The position numbers and the translations under genes are program-made. Under the pieces are notes generated by a model. It saw nothing but the letters and a program-made list of their open reading frames with translations. It did no database searches and was not told the origin of the DNA. Below are positions 10,552 through 20,055 of a stretch of 64,000 bases of DNA, piece by piece. Location of the stretch: positions 574,514 to 638,513 of the forward strand of contig CP181398.1 in assembly GCA_047946875.1 (NCBI GenBank), in the 5' to 3' direction. Source of the DNA: Candidatus Kerfeldbacteria bacterium (lineage in GTDB: Bacteria > Patescibacteriota > Patescibacteriia > UBA10025 > JAHIVO01). Each line of letters opens with the position of its first letter. Position 1 is the stretch's first letter.

Positions 10552-11739
10552 TTAACTGGGGCTATTTTTTTTATTATATTTCCAAAGTAAATAAGCACCA
10601 GTAAAAAAAGCTGGAATAGTTATCAACATAGCAATTCTTGGGCTATCTGTTAAGACAACCAAGGTGCCAAATAAAACAGGTCCTATCCCAGCTGACGACC
10701 TTGAAGCTAAGGCATAAATTCCAAAATCAAGCCCAGCATGTTTCGCTTCAGAAACCTGAGTATAATAAGCTCGCAATAGAGATTGGGTAGAACCGATAAC
10801 TAAGGCACCAAGCACACCCACAACAACTAGCTGTATTTTAGTTTGAACGACAAAAATACCTAATACTATAATTATCCAAATAGCTACTGAAACTAAAAGT
10901 GGTTTAATTACACCAAATTTTTTTCCCATTCTCCCAAATATCCAAGTGGCTGGAAAAGCAATAAACTGAATACCGATCAAAAAAATACCTAATTCTTTAA
11001 TACTTACACCTAACGTCTCTCTGGCATAAAGACTACCAAAAAAAGTAATAATATATATTCCCCCACTAATAAACCAGACTACAATTAATAGTGTTAAAAC
11101 GTTATTTATTTTTGCTTCTTGCCAAGCTTCTTTCAGTGAGGTAATGGCTTGTTCACTTACAATTTGTGAGGGCAAAAGTTTTAATGACACAATAGAAAAA
11201 ATAACAAAAAATCCTGCCGTTACATATATTCCAACTACAGACGGATCCGTCGATCCACCCTGTGCTACGATCACAAGTGCTAAACATACTAATCCACCTA
11301 AATATCCAAAACCCCAAGCAAAAGATGAAACAATACTGGCATTTTCTTTGGGAGCAATCTGAGGCAGGAATGAATCATAAATAATCTGCGATAAAACAAA
11401 AAAGATATTAGTAAACAATAATACAATAAAATAAACTTGCACCGAAATCTCAGTTAACAAACCAAGTAAAATAACTCCGACAACTGCCAAAGCTATAAAA
11501 TAAGAAAAGATCTTCTTTCTATTGCCAATATCACTCCTATGACCAAAAAAAGGTCCGAGTAATATAGCAATAGTAACACTTAAAGAAATTCCTAATCCCC
11601 ACCAAAAATCAGAACTCCTCGCCCCCTCCATGATTGTTTCCTTAAAAAACAATGGAAACAAAAAAGAAAGCATAATCAGCACATAGCCAGTATTAGCAAA
11701 ATCGTAAAACGCAAAACCCCAAAAATGTTTTTTATTCAT
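10552..11739 (-). CDS. MFS transporter (UMF1/Atg22-like)
   Basis: About 12 TM helices; YDFAN, YDSFLP, WGFGYLGG, QSLLRAYY. Confidence 0.88.
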   Translation of the reverse strand: MNKKHFWGFAFYDFANTGYVLIMLSFLFPLFFKETIMEGARSSDFWWGLGISLSVTIAILLGPFFGHRSDIGNRKKIFSYFIALAVVGVILLGLLTEISVQVYFIVLLFTNIFFVLSQIIYDSFLPQIAPKENASIVSSFAWGFGYLGGLVCLALVIVAQGGSTDPSVVGIYVTAGFFVIFSIVSLKLLPSQIVSEQAITSLKEAWQEAKINNVLTLLIVVWFISGGIYIITFFGSLYARETLGVSIKELGIFLIGIQFIAFPATWIFGRMGKKFGVIKPLLVSVAIWIIIVLGIFVVQTKIQLVVVGVLGALVIGSTQSLLRAYYTQVSEAKHAGLDFGIYALASRSSAGIGPVLFGTLVVLTDSPRIAMLITIPAFFTGAYLLWKYNKKNSPS

Positions 11740-11951
11740 GTGATAAGTATACCAAGAAAAACCATTCCAATAAAGAAATTTTTCAAAATAAAAAAGGGAC
11801 CGACAATGTCAAACCTTAAATACTTTTTTTAAGTATAGCTAAAACTTGAATTTACCTTCATGCCACATAATAGAAAATACTAGCAATAACGTTTGATAAG
11901 CTTTTTGATTTTAGCAACGATAATTTAAAATTTATTTCATCTGCCGTTTTT

Positions 11952-13022
11952 TTATTTACTTTTTACTGGCAGACTATTACTTTGAAAATACTTCAAATAC
12001 ATTTCGATGGTAGTAACTAATAATATCATGATCACAGGGCCATAGATGAACCCTAAAATTCCAAAAACCTGCAAACCTCCAATCACTCCTAATATAATTA
12101 AAGCTGGATGAAGTTCGGCTTTTTTTGATACAAGTTTTGGTCGTAAAAAATTATCAATATTCCCGATAATCAGAACACTCACCACAAGTAACATTATCCC
12201 CTGCCATATACCGCCAGTTAAAAATAAAATTGCAATAATTGGTACCATTACAAAACCATAACCAACCATCGGGATAACTCCTAAAAAAACCATTATTAAA
12301 GTTAAAAATAAAACATACGGAACTCCAGCTATTGCTAAAAATATTCCTGATACAACACCCTGAACAAGAGAAATAGCGAAAGTTCCCTTGATCATCGATT
12401 TAGACATTTCAATAACTCTAGTGAAATAAACCGTATCTATTCTATCATCTAATGGACTGAGTTTCTCAAAAAACTTAAATAACTTTTTGTATAATGGAAA
12501 GAAAGAATACAAAAGAATTATATACATAATTACCCAAGTAAATGTATTGAATGCTCCACTGCCAATATTAGGTAATCTTTCTAAGAAATAATTCCCTACC
12601 GCCTCAGCTCCATTATTAATATGAACCTTGGCTTCCATAACCGTCAAAGTACTCATATCTCCCGGCATGATGGATGCTAAATCATTAAATCTTGTTACGA
12701 AGTTTTCTATATTAACTATCCCCCCCGATCCAGTAAAGTCTTCACTTAATTGTATTATCTGATTTACAGTCAATGCTCCAACCAAAACTATGGGAATTAA
12801 AACTACAAAAAATACTATTACAACCGTCATTAAAGCTGCAACTTTTTGTTTTTTAATGAAATGTCTATGAAACCACTCGTATACTGGTTTAAAAAATGCA
12901 GCCGTTAGAAAAGCTAAAATTATTGCTGAAAAGAATGGTTTCAAAACCATAAAAGAAAGAACCAATATTATTAGTGCAATAAGATAAAAAAATGATTGTC
13001 TTTGTAATAAATTAATTTTCAT
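11952..13022 (-). CDS. AI-2E (PerM) family transporter
   Basis: IDNFLRPKL, LHP..IILGVIGG...FG..GFIYGP. Confidence 0.92.
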   Translation of the reverse strand: MKINLLQRQSFFYLIALIILVLSFMVLKPFFSAIILAFLTAAFFKPVYEWFHRHFIKKQKVAALMTVVIVFFVVLIPIVLVGALTVNQIIQLSEDFTGSGGIVNIENFVTRFNDLASIMPGDMSTLTVMEAKVHINNGAEAVGNYFLERLPNIGSGAFNTFTWVIMYIILLYSFFPLYKKLFKFFEKLSPLDDRIDTVYFTRVIEMSKSMIKGTFAISLVQGVVSGIFLAIAGVPYVLFLTLIMVFLGVIPMVGYGFVMVPIIAILFLTGGIWQGIMLLVVSVLIIGNIDNFLRPKLVSKKAELHPALIILGVIGGLQVFGILGFIYGPVIMILLVTTIEMYLKYFQSNSLPVKSK

Positions 13023-13069
13023 ATTATCTAGTATAATTATATCAAAAATTACTAAAACAGACGAGGTAA

Positions 13070-13180
13070 TTATGACCCTGCAAATGGAGTCCCAAATATT
13101 CCAACGCTAAGTTCCGCCCAAATAAGAAGAAGTGCTATCCCAATTACTATAGATAATATTCTATATTTCCAACTAATCAT
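13070..13180 (-). pseudogene. C-terminal remnant of a small membrane protein
   Basis: MISWKYRILSIVIGIALLLIWAELSVGIFGTPFAGS*; in-frame stop 4 codons upstream; ends at a degenerate cassette junction. Confidence 0.5.
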
Positions 13181-13223
13181 TTTTATTACTTAGTAGTAAT
13201 ATGTGTTCTCGTATTTTTAATTC

Positions 13224-14270
13224 CTACCTTGCTGGCAATTCTTTTTTACACACTCCGCTATCACATGTCAAAATAGCCTTGCTCTGCTCTTCGCAATAAT
13301 AATCATCCCATAATGGACATTTAGCAAAATTACATCCATATTCCGCCTGTAATTCTGAATATTTCGTACTAAAATCTTCTAGATTCACTCCTACCCATTG
13401 TTCTTCGTCATAATCAGGGCAATCTTGTTGTGGACAACATACACTAAAATCCTCTGTAGTGTCAGCGAACATACAATCAGATGCTTGTTCGCAAGACGTT
13501 GATACACCTAAATTTAATAACTTTTGTGAATTATTCCCGCATATAGTTTCACATTCACCTATATCAACAAACGGAATAGTATCACCCATTGAGCTACATC
13601 CGGATATATATTTGCATAACGAACCGTCGTAGTATACACCGAGTACCATTTCACACGTACCATAACTTTGAGAGGGACGCCAATTGCAAATCTCATTTGT
13701 CCCTTGCATGGCTGTACAATCAAGGTCAATACATCCCATGAATCGAGAATTACTACACATACATTCTTCAGTTGCTTCATTTGTACATTTTCCATACCAC
13801 TCTGAAGACGTATTACACTCGCATGTTTCTACAGAAAGACAATCCTCTCGTTTGTTACAACGAGTATTGTCAGAAATGTCACCACATGAAACACTCCCGC
13901 TTGATGGACAATAACAACTCCCTGCACCGCCACAATCAGCCGTACAAATATCTCCACTACAGCCACTTGAAACACATCTTTGTTCACAGTTGGTAGGGCA
14001 GTCACCATATGTAAACTGACTGCAATAATCATTCGTACATGTAGAAGTAGTGTTTACGTTTATGCTATTTGTATTAGCATTATTTAATATTGCAGTATTT
14101 ATATTTATATTATTACTATTCAAACTAGGACTTTTACCTATTGAAAACACAAATAACATAATTGCTACTCCAACTACTAATGAAATTCCAACAATACTTA
14201 CTCCAATCCAAAGAATTACTTTATTACCTTTAATTTTATTTTCGGAAGAGTCGTCTTGTTGAATTGACAT
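13224..14270 (-). CDS. Membrane-anchored cysteine-rich surface protein (36 Cys)
   Basis: Single N-terminal TM helix, N-rich linker, four Cys modules, one with Kunitz-like spacing. Confidence 0.8.
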   Translation of the reverse strand: MSIQQDDSSENKIKGNKVILWIGVSIVGISLVVGVAIMLFVFSIGKSPSLNSNNININTAILNNANTNSINVNTTSTCTNDYCSQFTYGDCPTNCEQRCVSSGCSGDICTADCGGAGSCYCPSSGSVSCGDISDNTRCNKREDCLSVETCECNTSSEWYGKCTNEATEECMCSNSRFMGCIDLDCTAMQGTNEICNWRPSQSYGTCEMVLGVYYDGSLCKYISGCSSMGDTIPFVDIGECETICGNNSQKLLNLGVSTSCEQASDCMFADTTEDFSVCCPQQDCPDYDEEQWVGVNLEDFSTKYSELQAEYGCNFAKCPLWDDYYCEEQSKAILTCDSGVCKKELPAR

Positions 14271-14314
14271 ATTTATTAATTTAACTTTCTCCCATGTAAA
14301 GATTACTTATATAT

Positions 14315-14424
14315 TATACCAAAAAACACCTCCGTTAACCACTAAAGGATTCACGGCCTTGTATATAGGGAGATTGCTTCTGTCGGGGGTTAGTGGACAA
14401 AGTAAGAACTGAGATTCGATATAA
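14315..14424. repeat. Cassette junction repeat J6 (interrupted)
   Basis: tataccaaaaaacacctc ... ctgtcgggggttagtggacaaagtaagaact. Confidence 0.7.
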
Positions 14425-14871
14425 TCAACTACTAGAAAAATCTCCAAATAATAATCCCACTATAAATATTATATAAAATAATGACATAAAAATTATTAAA
14501 GATATTTTTCGGATATGAGTAGCTTTAGAAATATTATCTAATTGCCATTGAAATATTTTTTTTGAATACGAATAAGCACTTAGAGATAAAAGACTACCAA
14601 GCACAATTAAAGCAATTGCAAATAAATATATTATTAATTGATGATCCCCTGATAAAATACTCCCAATTATTAAATAACAACTAAAACATAAAAAAAATAA
14701 CCCAAAAAATACACCAGACCTAAATCCATTTAGTCTTTTAATATTATCGGTGGACTGAAACTTCTTAACCCACTTAGTATTGTTAACTTTTGTAAATGCT
14801 TTAATACTTAAATAAATCATTGAGACCGTAAATACTATTATTGGAATTATTGTGCCTTGATTAACAGACAT
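14425..14871 (-). CDS. Hypothetical membrane protein (4 TM)
   Basis: ORF track; four hydrophobic segments; bounded by junction repeats. Confidence 0.7.
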   Translation of the reverse strand: MSVNQGTIIPIIVFTVSMIYLSIKAFTKVNNTKWVKKFQSTDNIKRLNGFRSGVFFGLFFLCFSCYLIIGSILSGDHQLIIYLFAIALIVLGSLLSLSAYSYSKKIFQWQLDNISKATHIRKISLIIFMSLFYIIFIVGLLFGDFSSS

Positions 14872-14904
14872 AAAATCATACTAATTTATTTTTATTATAA
14901 TTCA

Positions 14905-14996
14905 AGTATACCAAAAAACACCTCAACCTGCGAGGTGAGCTCTGGCAGGGGCTCGTACCTGCCTGCCGGCAGGCAGGGAAAATGTTAGAACTGCAA
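14905..14996. repeat. Cassette junction repeat J5 with an inserted 20-bp palindrome
   Basis: agtataccaaaaaacacctcaacctgcgaggtgagctctggcaggggctcgta[cctgcctgccggcaggcagg]gaaaatgttagaact. Confidence 0.85.
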
Positions 14997-15734
14997 TTAT
15001 TTGTTATTCCCATTCGTCTGCATAGTTGACCCAGATTCAATCTCGGGAATCTTAAATCCTTTTACTATTAACCAAATAGCCAACACTAGCTCCTGTATTG
15101 CTAATGGCGCAAATAACATAGTTGATAATGTGGAATTTGGATCTTCATTGATTAACAGAGGCAATAACCCTGAAATTAGCATAAGTGGAGCTCCAATAAT
15201 CCCCCAGACTGATAACCATCTTGGGATAAGTTTCGATTTGTAGAATAAGCAATATAAAATTATTGCACCAACACTAAAAACCGTATATCCAAGCATCCAA
15301 GTATAATCGGATACTGATAAAATTATATTTTTTAAGGTTTCAAAATAAGCTATATCTACAGATCCTGCTAGCGTAAATTCCCGGCTTAAGGCTAATATTG
15401 ATAGAAAACCAAGTATACCAACTAAGAAAATTCCACCCTCCATCACTCTACTGCCAAGATACCAATTTGCTAAACCTTCTTTTATTCCTGAATCTTTTTT
15501 TAATACTGGATAAATCATAAATGCGATAGCCGCTACTGCTATTGCCATTACCAACGCAAACATAGCTGCTAATATTACATTTGTTTCATTATTCGAAACA
15601 TTCAGCAACACGTCTCCATCGGTAAATAATGACCCCAAAGAAGCAGCTGATAATACTCCGGCAACGGTTGCAACGAGATATAATATACCGGCCCACAATG
15701 CCGCTTTTCTACTTGAAGTCATTTTCTCTTTCAT
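14997..15734 (-). CDS. DUF4386-family membrane protein
   Basis: AGILYL, YPVLKK, SKLIPRWLSVWGIIG, ELVLAIWLIVKGF. Confidence 0.85.
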   Translation of the reverse strand: MKEKMTSSRKAALWAGILYLVATVAGVLSAASLGSLFTDGDVLLNVSNNETNVILAAMFALVMAIAVAAIAFMIYPVLKKDSGIKEGLANWYLGSRVMEGGIFLVGILGFLSILALSREFTLAGSVDIAYFETLKNIILSVSDYTWMLGYTVFSVGAIILYCLFYKSKLIPRWLSVWGIIGAPLMLISGLLPLLINEDPNSTLSTMLFAPLAIQELVLAIWLIVKGFKIPEIESGSTMQTNGNNK

Positions 15735-15764
15735 AATTTTATAATTAAATAATTAACTTATTTA

Positions 15765-15797
15765 AGTATACCAAAAAATACCTAAATCATCGAGGTG
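15765..15797. repeat. Cassette junction repeat J4 (hairpin/-10 half only)
   Basis: agtataccaaaaaatacctaaatcatcgaggtg. Confidence 0.75.
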
Positions 15798-15822
15798 ACT
15801 TTTGATAACTTTGTAATCATAG

Positions 15823-16638
15823 TTATTGTTGTTTTATAAAATTATTTACAAATTCATTAAATTTATTTGGATTATCCATATTTGCACAATGTCCTGCATT
15901 TTCAATCATAAAATATTTGCTATTATTAATTTCGGTAGGCAATTCTTTTGCTATTTTCTTTGACAATTCTATATTAAACTCTCCTACTAGTATCAAAGTT
16001 TGGTATTGTAGTTTAATGTTCTCTCTGTCTTTAATAATATTTTGAAGTCCTGACATTACCATAAATGATTTTCTTTTATAATGGCTAGTAGTTTCATAAA
16101 ATAAGGCCTGTGCTTTTTCTGATTTACAAATATTCTTCGCAGTCATTTTTCTAAATGATTTCATAGAAAACATTGCTCTAAATATCAAACTCAAATTATA
16201 AGACCTTTGAGCTTTAGCAACTTCTTTATCTACTTTATTTATATTATACCCGCCCAATATTGTTAGAGATTTAGTTTTTTCTGGATTTTTTAAGGCAAAA
16301 TATTGGGCAATTAATGAACCCATTGAAATTCCTACAAGATGAGTACTCTCAAATCCCTCAATTTTCATTATTTCATCAATATGTTTTTCTGAGATATCAA
16401 TTTTATCTTTTGATTTATTGGCTTTTGATAATCCATGTCCTATTAAATCTATTGTAATAATTCTAAAATCTTTAGAGAAAAAATCAATTTGTTGATCGAA
16501 TGCTCGATGATCTGAGAAAGCAGGATGTAAAAATACTATTAAATCCTTATCTTTTTTCCCAGAAATATAATAATGAATTTCATAGTCAACTTGTTTTAGA
16601 GTTTTATGCTCAATGTGTTCAGTAATATTTACAGTCAT
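15823..16638 (-). CDS. Alpha/beta hydrolase
   Basis: DLIGHG, GISMG nucleophile elbow, AGHCAN. Confidence 0.9.
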   Translation of the reverse strand: MTVNITEHIEHKTLKQVDYEIHYYISGKKDKDLIVFLHPAFSDHRAFDQQIDFFSKDFRIITIDLIGHGLSKANKSKDKIDISEKHIDEIMKIEGFESTHLVGISMGSLIAQYFALKNPEKTKSLTILGGYNINKVDKEVAKAQRSYNLSLIFRAMFSMKSFRKMTAKNICKSEKAQALFYETTSHYKRKSFMVMSGLQNIIKDRENIKLQYQTLILVGEFNIELSKKIAKELPTEINNSKYFMIENAGHCANMDNPNKFNEFVNNFIKQQ

Positions 16639-16676
16639 ATGGTTGTTTCCTTTTATTTATTTAATTTTACCAAATC

Positions 16677-16900
16677 CTAATTGAAATAAGAATAGTTTAT
16701 CATTTGCCAATCAAGGCAATTCTGTGTACCAGGAATGACGCTTACGGATCCGGTCCAGCCAGTATTATCCCCTGTTTCATAGTCAGGATTAACCAGTAAA
16801 TTGATGGCTGCCAGGGCAGTTTGACATTAAAAAGGCTAACGACAGATACTAACCCTGCGCATAAAACAAAAAACGATATCAAAAATAATAGAATTATTAT
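16677..16900 (-). pseudogene. Frameshifted remnant of a secreted carbohydrate-binding-module-like protein
   Basis: Hydrophobic signal-like stretch (IIILLFLISFFVLCAGLVSVV) in one frame and ALAAINLLVNPDYETGDNTGWTGS in another; no valid start; coordinates approximate. Confidence 0.4.
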
Positions 16901-16906
16901 ATATTA

Positions 16907-17623
16907 TTATTTTTTAAGAACTTTCTTCAATATCTCTTCCTTATCAATTTTTTTACTACAAAAAAACCAATCCTGGCATTCTAACTCTTCTTTACCGTCC
17001 ATCCTGTCTTTTGCAACACCACATGAACCGGCAGGTCCCATAATTACATCATCTCCCGGTCTCCAATCAGCGGGGGTAGCAATCTCAAAAGCATCAGCTG
17101 CTTGCATAGCAACTAAAGCTCGATAAATTTCATCAAAATTACGTCCCAGACTCAATGGATAATAAATAATAGCTCTTATTATTCCCTTTGGATCTATAAA
17201 AAACACAGCACGTACGGCTTTAGTAGAATCTTCCCCAGGCTGTATCATTCCATACTTTTTAGCTACTTCCATTGTGATATCCTCAATCAATGGGAAATTT
17301 ACCTCCACATTTTTCATCCCCTTGTATTCAATCTTTTCCTTAATAGTTCTCAGCCAGGCAATATGGCTATATAATCCATCAATCGACAATCCAACTAATT
17401 TGCAATTTGCTTCCAAAAACTTCTTTTCCATAGATGCAAAAGTGATAAACTCCGAAGTACAAACTGGGGTAAAATCAGCTGGGTGGCTGAAAAGAATTAC
17501 CCAATCACCAGAATAATCTTCAGGAAAATTAATTTCGCCCTGCGTCGTAACTGCCTTAAATTTAGGTGCTTGATCACCAATTCGTGGCATAGCGGGTATT
17601 TGATTTTCATTTTCTTTTTCCAT
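16907..17623 (-). CDS. Peroxiredoxin (Prx6 subfamily)
   Basis: FSHPADFTPVCTSE, YYP..LGRN, ATPADW, DWFFC. Confidence 0.95.
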   Translation of the reverse strand: MEKENENQIPAMPRIGDQAPKFKAVTTQGEINFPEDYSGDWVILFSHPADFTPVCTSEFITFASMEKKFLEANCKLVGLSIDGLYSHIAWLRTIKEKIEYKGMKNVEVNFPLIEDITMEVAKKYGMIQPGEDSTKAVRAVFFIDPKGIIRAIIYYPLSLGRNFDEIYRALVAMQAADAFEIATPADWRPGDDVIMGPAGSCGVAKDRMDGKEELECQDWFFCSKKIDKEEILKKVLKK

Positions 17624-17653
17624 ATTTATTAATTAATAATTAATTCATAATTA

Positions 17654-17728
17654 AGTATAACAAAAATCACCTCAACCTACGAGGTGGGCTCTGGCGGGTA
17701 TTAATAAATGACGTTAAAACTTATATTA
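17654..17728. repeat. Cassette junction repeat J3
   Basis: agtataacaaaaatcacctcaacctacgaggtgggctctggcgggtattaataaatgacgttaaaact. Confidence 0.9.
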
Positions 17729-18748
17729 TTAAATATACTTTTCAAAAATACCAAAAGTTCTTCCTTTTTTAGCACCAAAAATTTTAGCCAAAAACTGCGG
17801 AGGAACATTTTTCTTCAATATCCAAGAGGCCTCTGCTTCTTTATAATCTTTATCTATTAATGTTTTCATTAATAAATTACCCATTTGTTTGCCAATGCCT
17901 TGCCTTAAATAATCAGAATGCACTCCGATCGAAACAATTCTTGCTTTATCAATCTTACCTTCAAAAATTTTTTGATTATAATCCGGTAGACAAACAAGTG
18001 AACCGATAATTTTTTTATTGTCGTCCTCAGCAATTATTATTAAATCCTTATCCATAAATGGTATTAATCTATTTATTAGCTTACCTTCTTCCTCTAAAGT
18101 TCTAGGAATGTATCCTTCATGTGATATAAAAACATCAATTTGAAATTTATGAAATAATTTTATTTCATTTTCTATATCCTTATCATTAAATGTTCGGAGT
18201 TTTACATTGTCTTTAGATTTTACGTACTTCGCAATTTTTTTATTAAAATAAAAAGTAACCAATTTTTGAGATAATTTATAGTTTGCCTTTTTAATTATTT
18301 TTTTATAATATTTTGGGTTGTAAGATGTAAATATTGATGGCGGAATATTAAATTTAGAAATTTGTAAACCAGCTTGCATATTATCAATCTTTGGAAAAAT
18401 TACCTTCTTTACCTTATTTACTAATAATTTATCCTCTAATGCTCGAAACAATTCATTCATCTCTTTTTTATATTTCTCCAAACCCTCAAAATACCCAATC
18501 CAACCAACTCCTTTACTTTCAGGAGGTAGTATTGCGACACCACGAGCAATAGGCATATCATTATCTTCAAGAATCATCGGCCAACATTGATACCTAGGCC
18601 CACCAAGTAACTCAAATATTTGCTCTTTTAATTGTTTACGGTCTTCTATTATCCAATTTTTATCCCCTTTATATACTTCGACAGGAATATCAAAAAACTT
18701 ATTCCATAGATCATTATCACTTTTTTTTGATAATTCAATTATTTTCAT
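17729..18748 (-). CDS. Tandem GNAT N-acetyl/acyltransferase (YghO-like)
   Basis: YNPKYY, LPDYNQ, IGVHSDYLRQGIG, SWILKKN. Confidence 0.8.
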   Translation of the reverse strand: MKIIELSKKSDNDLWNKFFDIPVEVYKGDKNWIIEDRKQLKEQIFELLGGPRYQCWPMILEDNDMPIARGVAILPPESKGVGWIGYFEGLEKYKKEMNELFRALEDKLLVNKVKKVIFPKIDNMQAGLQISKFNIPPSIFTSYNPKYYKKIIKKANYKLSQKLVTFYFNKKIAKYVKSKDNVKLRTFNDKDIENEIKLFHKFQIDVFISHEGYIPRTLEEEGKLINRLIPFMDKDLIIIAEDDNKKIIGSLVCLPDYNQKIFEGKIDKARIVSIGVHSDYLRQGIGKQMGNLLMKTLIDKDYKEAEASWILKKNVPPQFLAKIFGAKKGRTFGIFEKYI

Positions 18749-20051
18749 TTTCTCTCATTACTCTAATTAATTTATTTGAATTTTTATTTCTTATAGGACC
18801 TTCATAAATATAATTTATTTCAGGTGTTATAGCTTTTATTTTATTTACCCAAAAATTTATATTTTCTATAATTTTATTTTCAATATCCCTGCTTACTTGA
18901 TTATTAACAGTGACTAATCTTATTGTTATTGACCCATTAATATGCTGTATTGCCTGAAATTCTAAAATATATTCCGAAGCCTGATTAATTGATCTTCTGA
19001 CATAATCAGGAAACAAATATCTCTCCTTACCATCATTAGATTTCAAAATAAAAATATCGTCTTCACGACCATGTATTTTTTTTATTATTTGAAAATTTGA
19101 ACCACACTTACATTTTTTATCATCTAATTCCATTACGTCATGAAGAGAATATCTTACAAATGGAGCACATGTTCTATACAAATCAGTTACCAAAACTCTT
19201 TTTAAATTTTCATTTTCCTTATCAATATTTTCAAACTCAAAAAAAGTAGTATCCTCATTCAAATGAAGACTACCCTCTTTACAAGTAGCAGCAAGAAAAC
19301 CCTCAGCCCCCTGATAAATTTCAATTAATTTAGAACCAAAACTATCTACTAACGTATTTTTGACTTTTTCAGACAAAACCTCTGCATATGAAATTAATAA
19401 TTTTGGCTTAACAACTATCTCATCTATTTTTTTGCTAATCATATATAACAAAGAAGGTGGTCCAGCAATAACATTTATTTTTTTATCATTAATTTCATAA
19501 ATCAGCTTGTCGACATTTACGGTATAATCTGCATATGATATATATATACCAAATTTTTTTACTTCCATGAATGCAGCATTATTTCTTCTCAACAAAAACA
19601 AAACTCTTGGTTTTTTTACATATGATATTATATTACTTCTTGCCAACAATAATGTTGGGTACAATTCTCTTTCAGATTTTGACAAAACAGTTAAAGTTAC
19701 ATTTCCCGATGTACCTGAAGACAAACCTATTGAATAATTTTCATTAAACAAACCAATTGAATTTGAACGCTGCTGCTTGATACTAAAATCTAACAGAATA
19801 TCTTTTTTTAATCCTGCAGTATTAATATTATCAAAGTTGTCCATAAAAACCTTTTTATCAATAACAGGTAATTTTTCAAAATTGTCATTATCCTTCAAGA
19901 TATCTCGATAATATATTGATTTTCTTTTCAATAATGCTATTAATTTATTAAGTCTTTTTTCTTGATGTCTTTTAATTCTTTGTTTTGACCAATTATAAAA
20001 TCTAATTTTTAATATAATTATATAAAAAAGTGATTTTAAAGCATTTTTCAT
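18735..20051 (-). CDS. Adenylate-forming enzyme (phenylacetate-CoA ligase / F390 synthetase-like)
   Basis: LSSGTSG P-loop, YQGAEG, LHLNED, VTDL.R...PFVRY.L.D, GREDD. Confidence 0.85.
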   Translation of the reverse strand: MKNALKSLFYIIILKIRFYNWSKQRIKRHQEKRLNKLIALLKRKSIYYRDILKDNDNFEKLPVIDKKVFMDNFDNINTAGLKKDILLDFSIKQQRSNSIGLFNENYSIGLSSGTSGNVTLTVLSKSERELYPTLLLARSNIISYVKKPRVLFLLRRNNAAFMEVKKFGIYISYADYTVNVDKLIYEINDKKINVIAGPPSLLYMISKKIDEIVVKPKLLISYAEVLSEKVKNTLVDSFGSKLIEIYQGAEGFLAATCKEGSLHLNEDTTFFEFENIDKENENLKRVLVTDLYRTCAPFVRYSLHDVMELDDKKCKCGSNFQIIKKIHGREDDIFILKSNDGKERYLFPDYVRRSINQASEYILEFQAIQHINGSITIRLVTVNNQVSRDIENKIIENINFWVNKIKAITPEINYIYEGPIRNKNSNKLIRVMRENENN

Positions 20052-20055
20052 TAAT

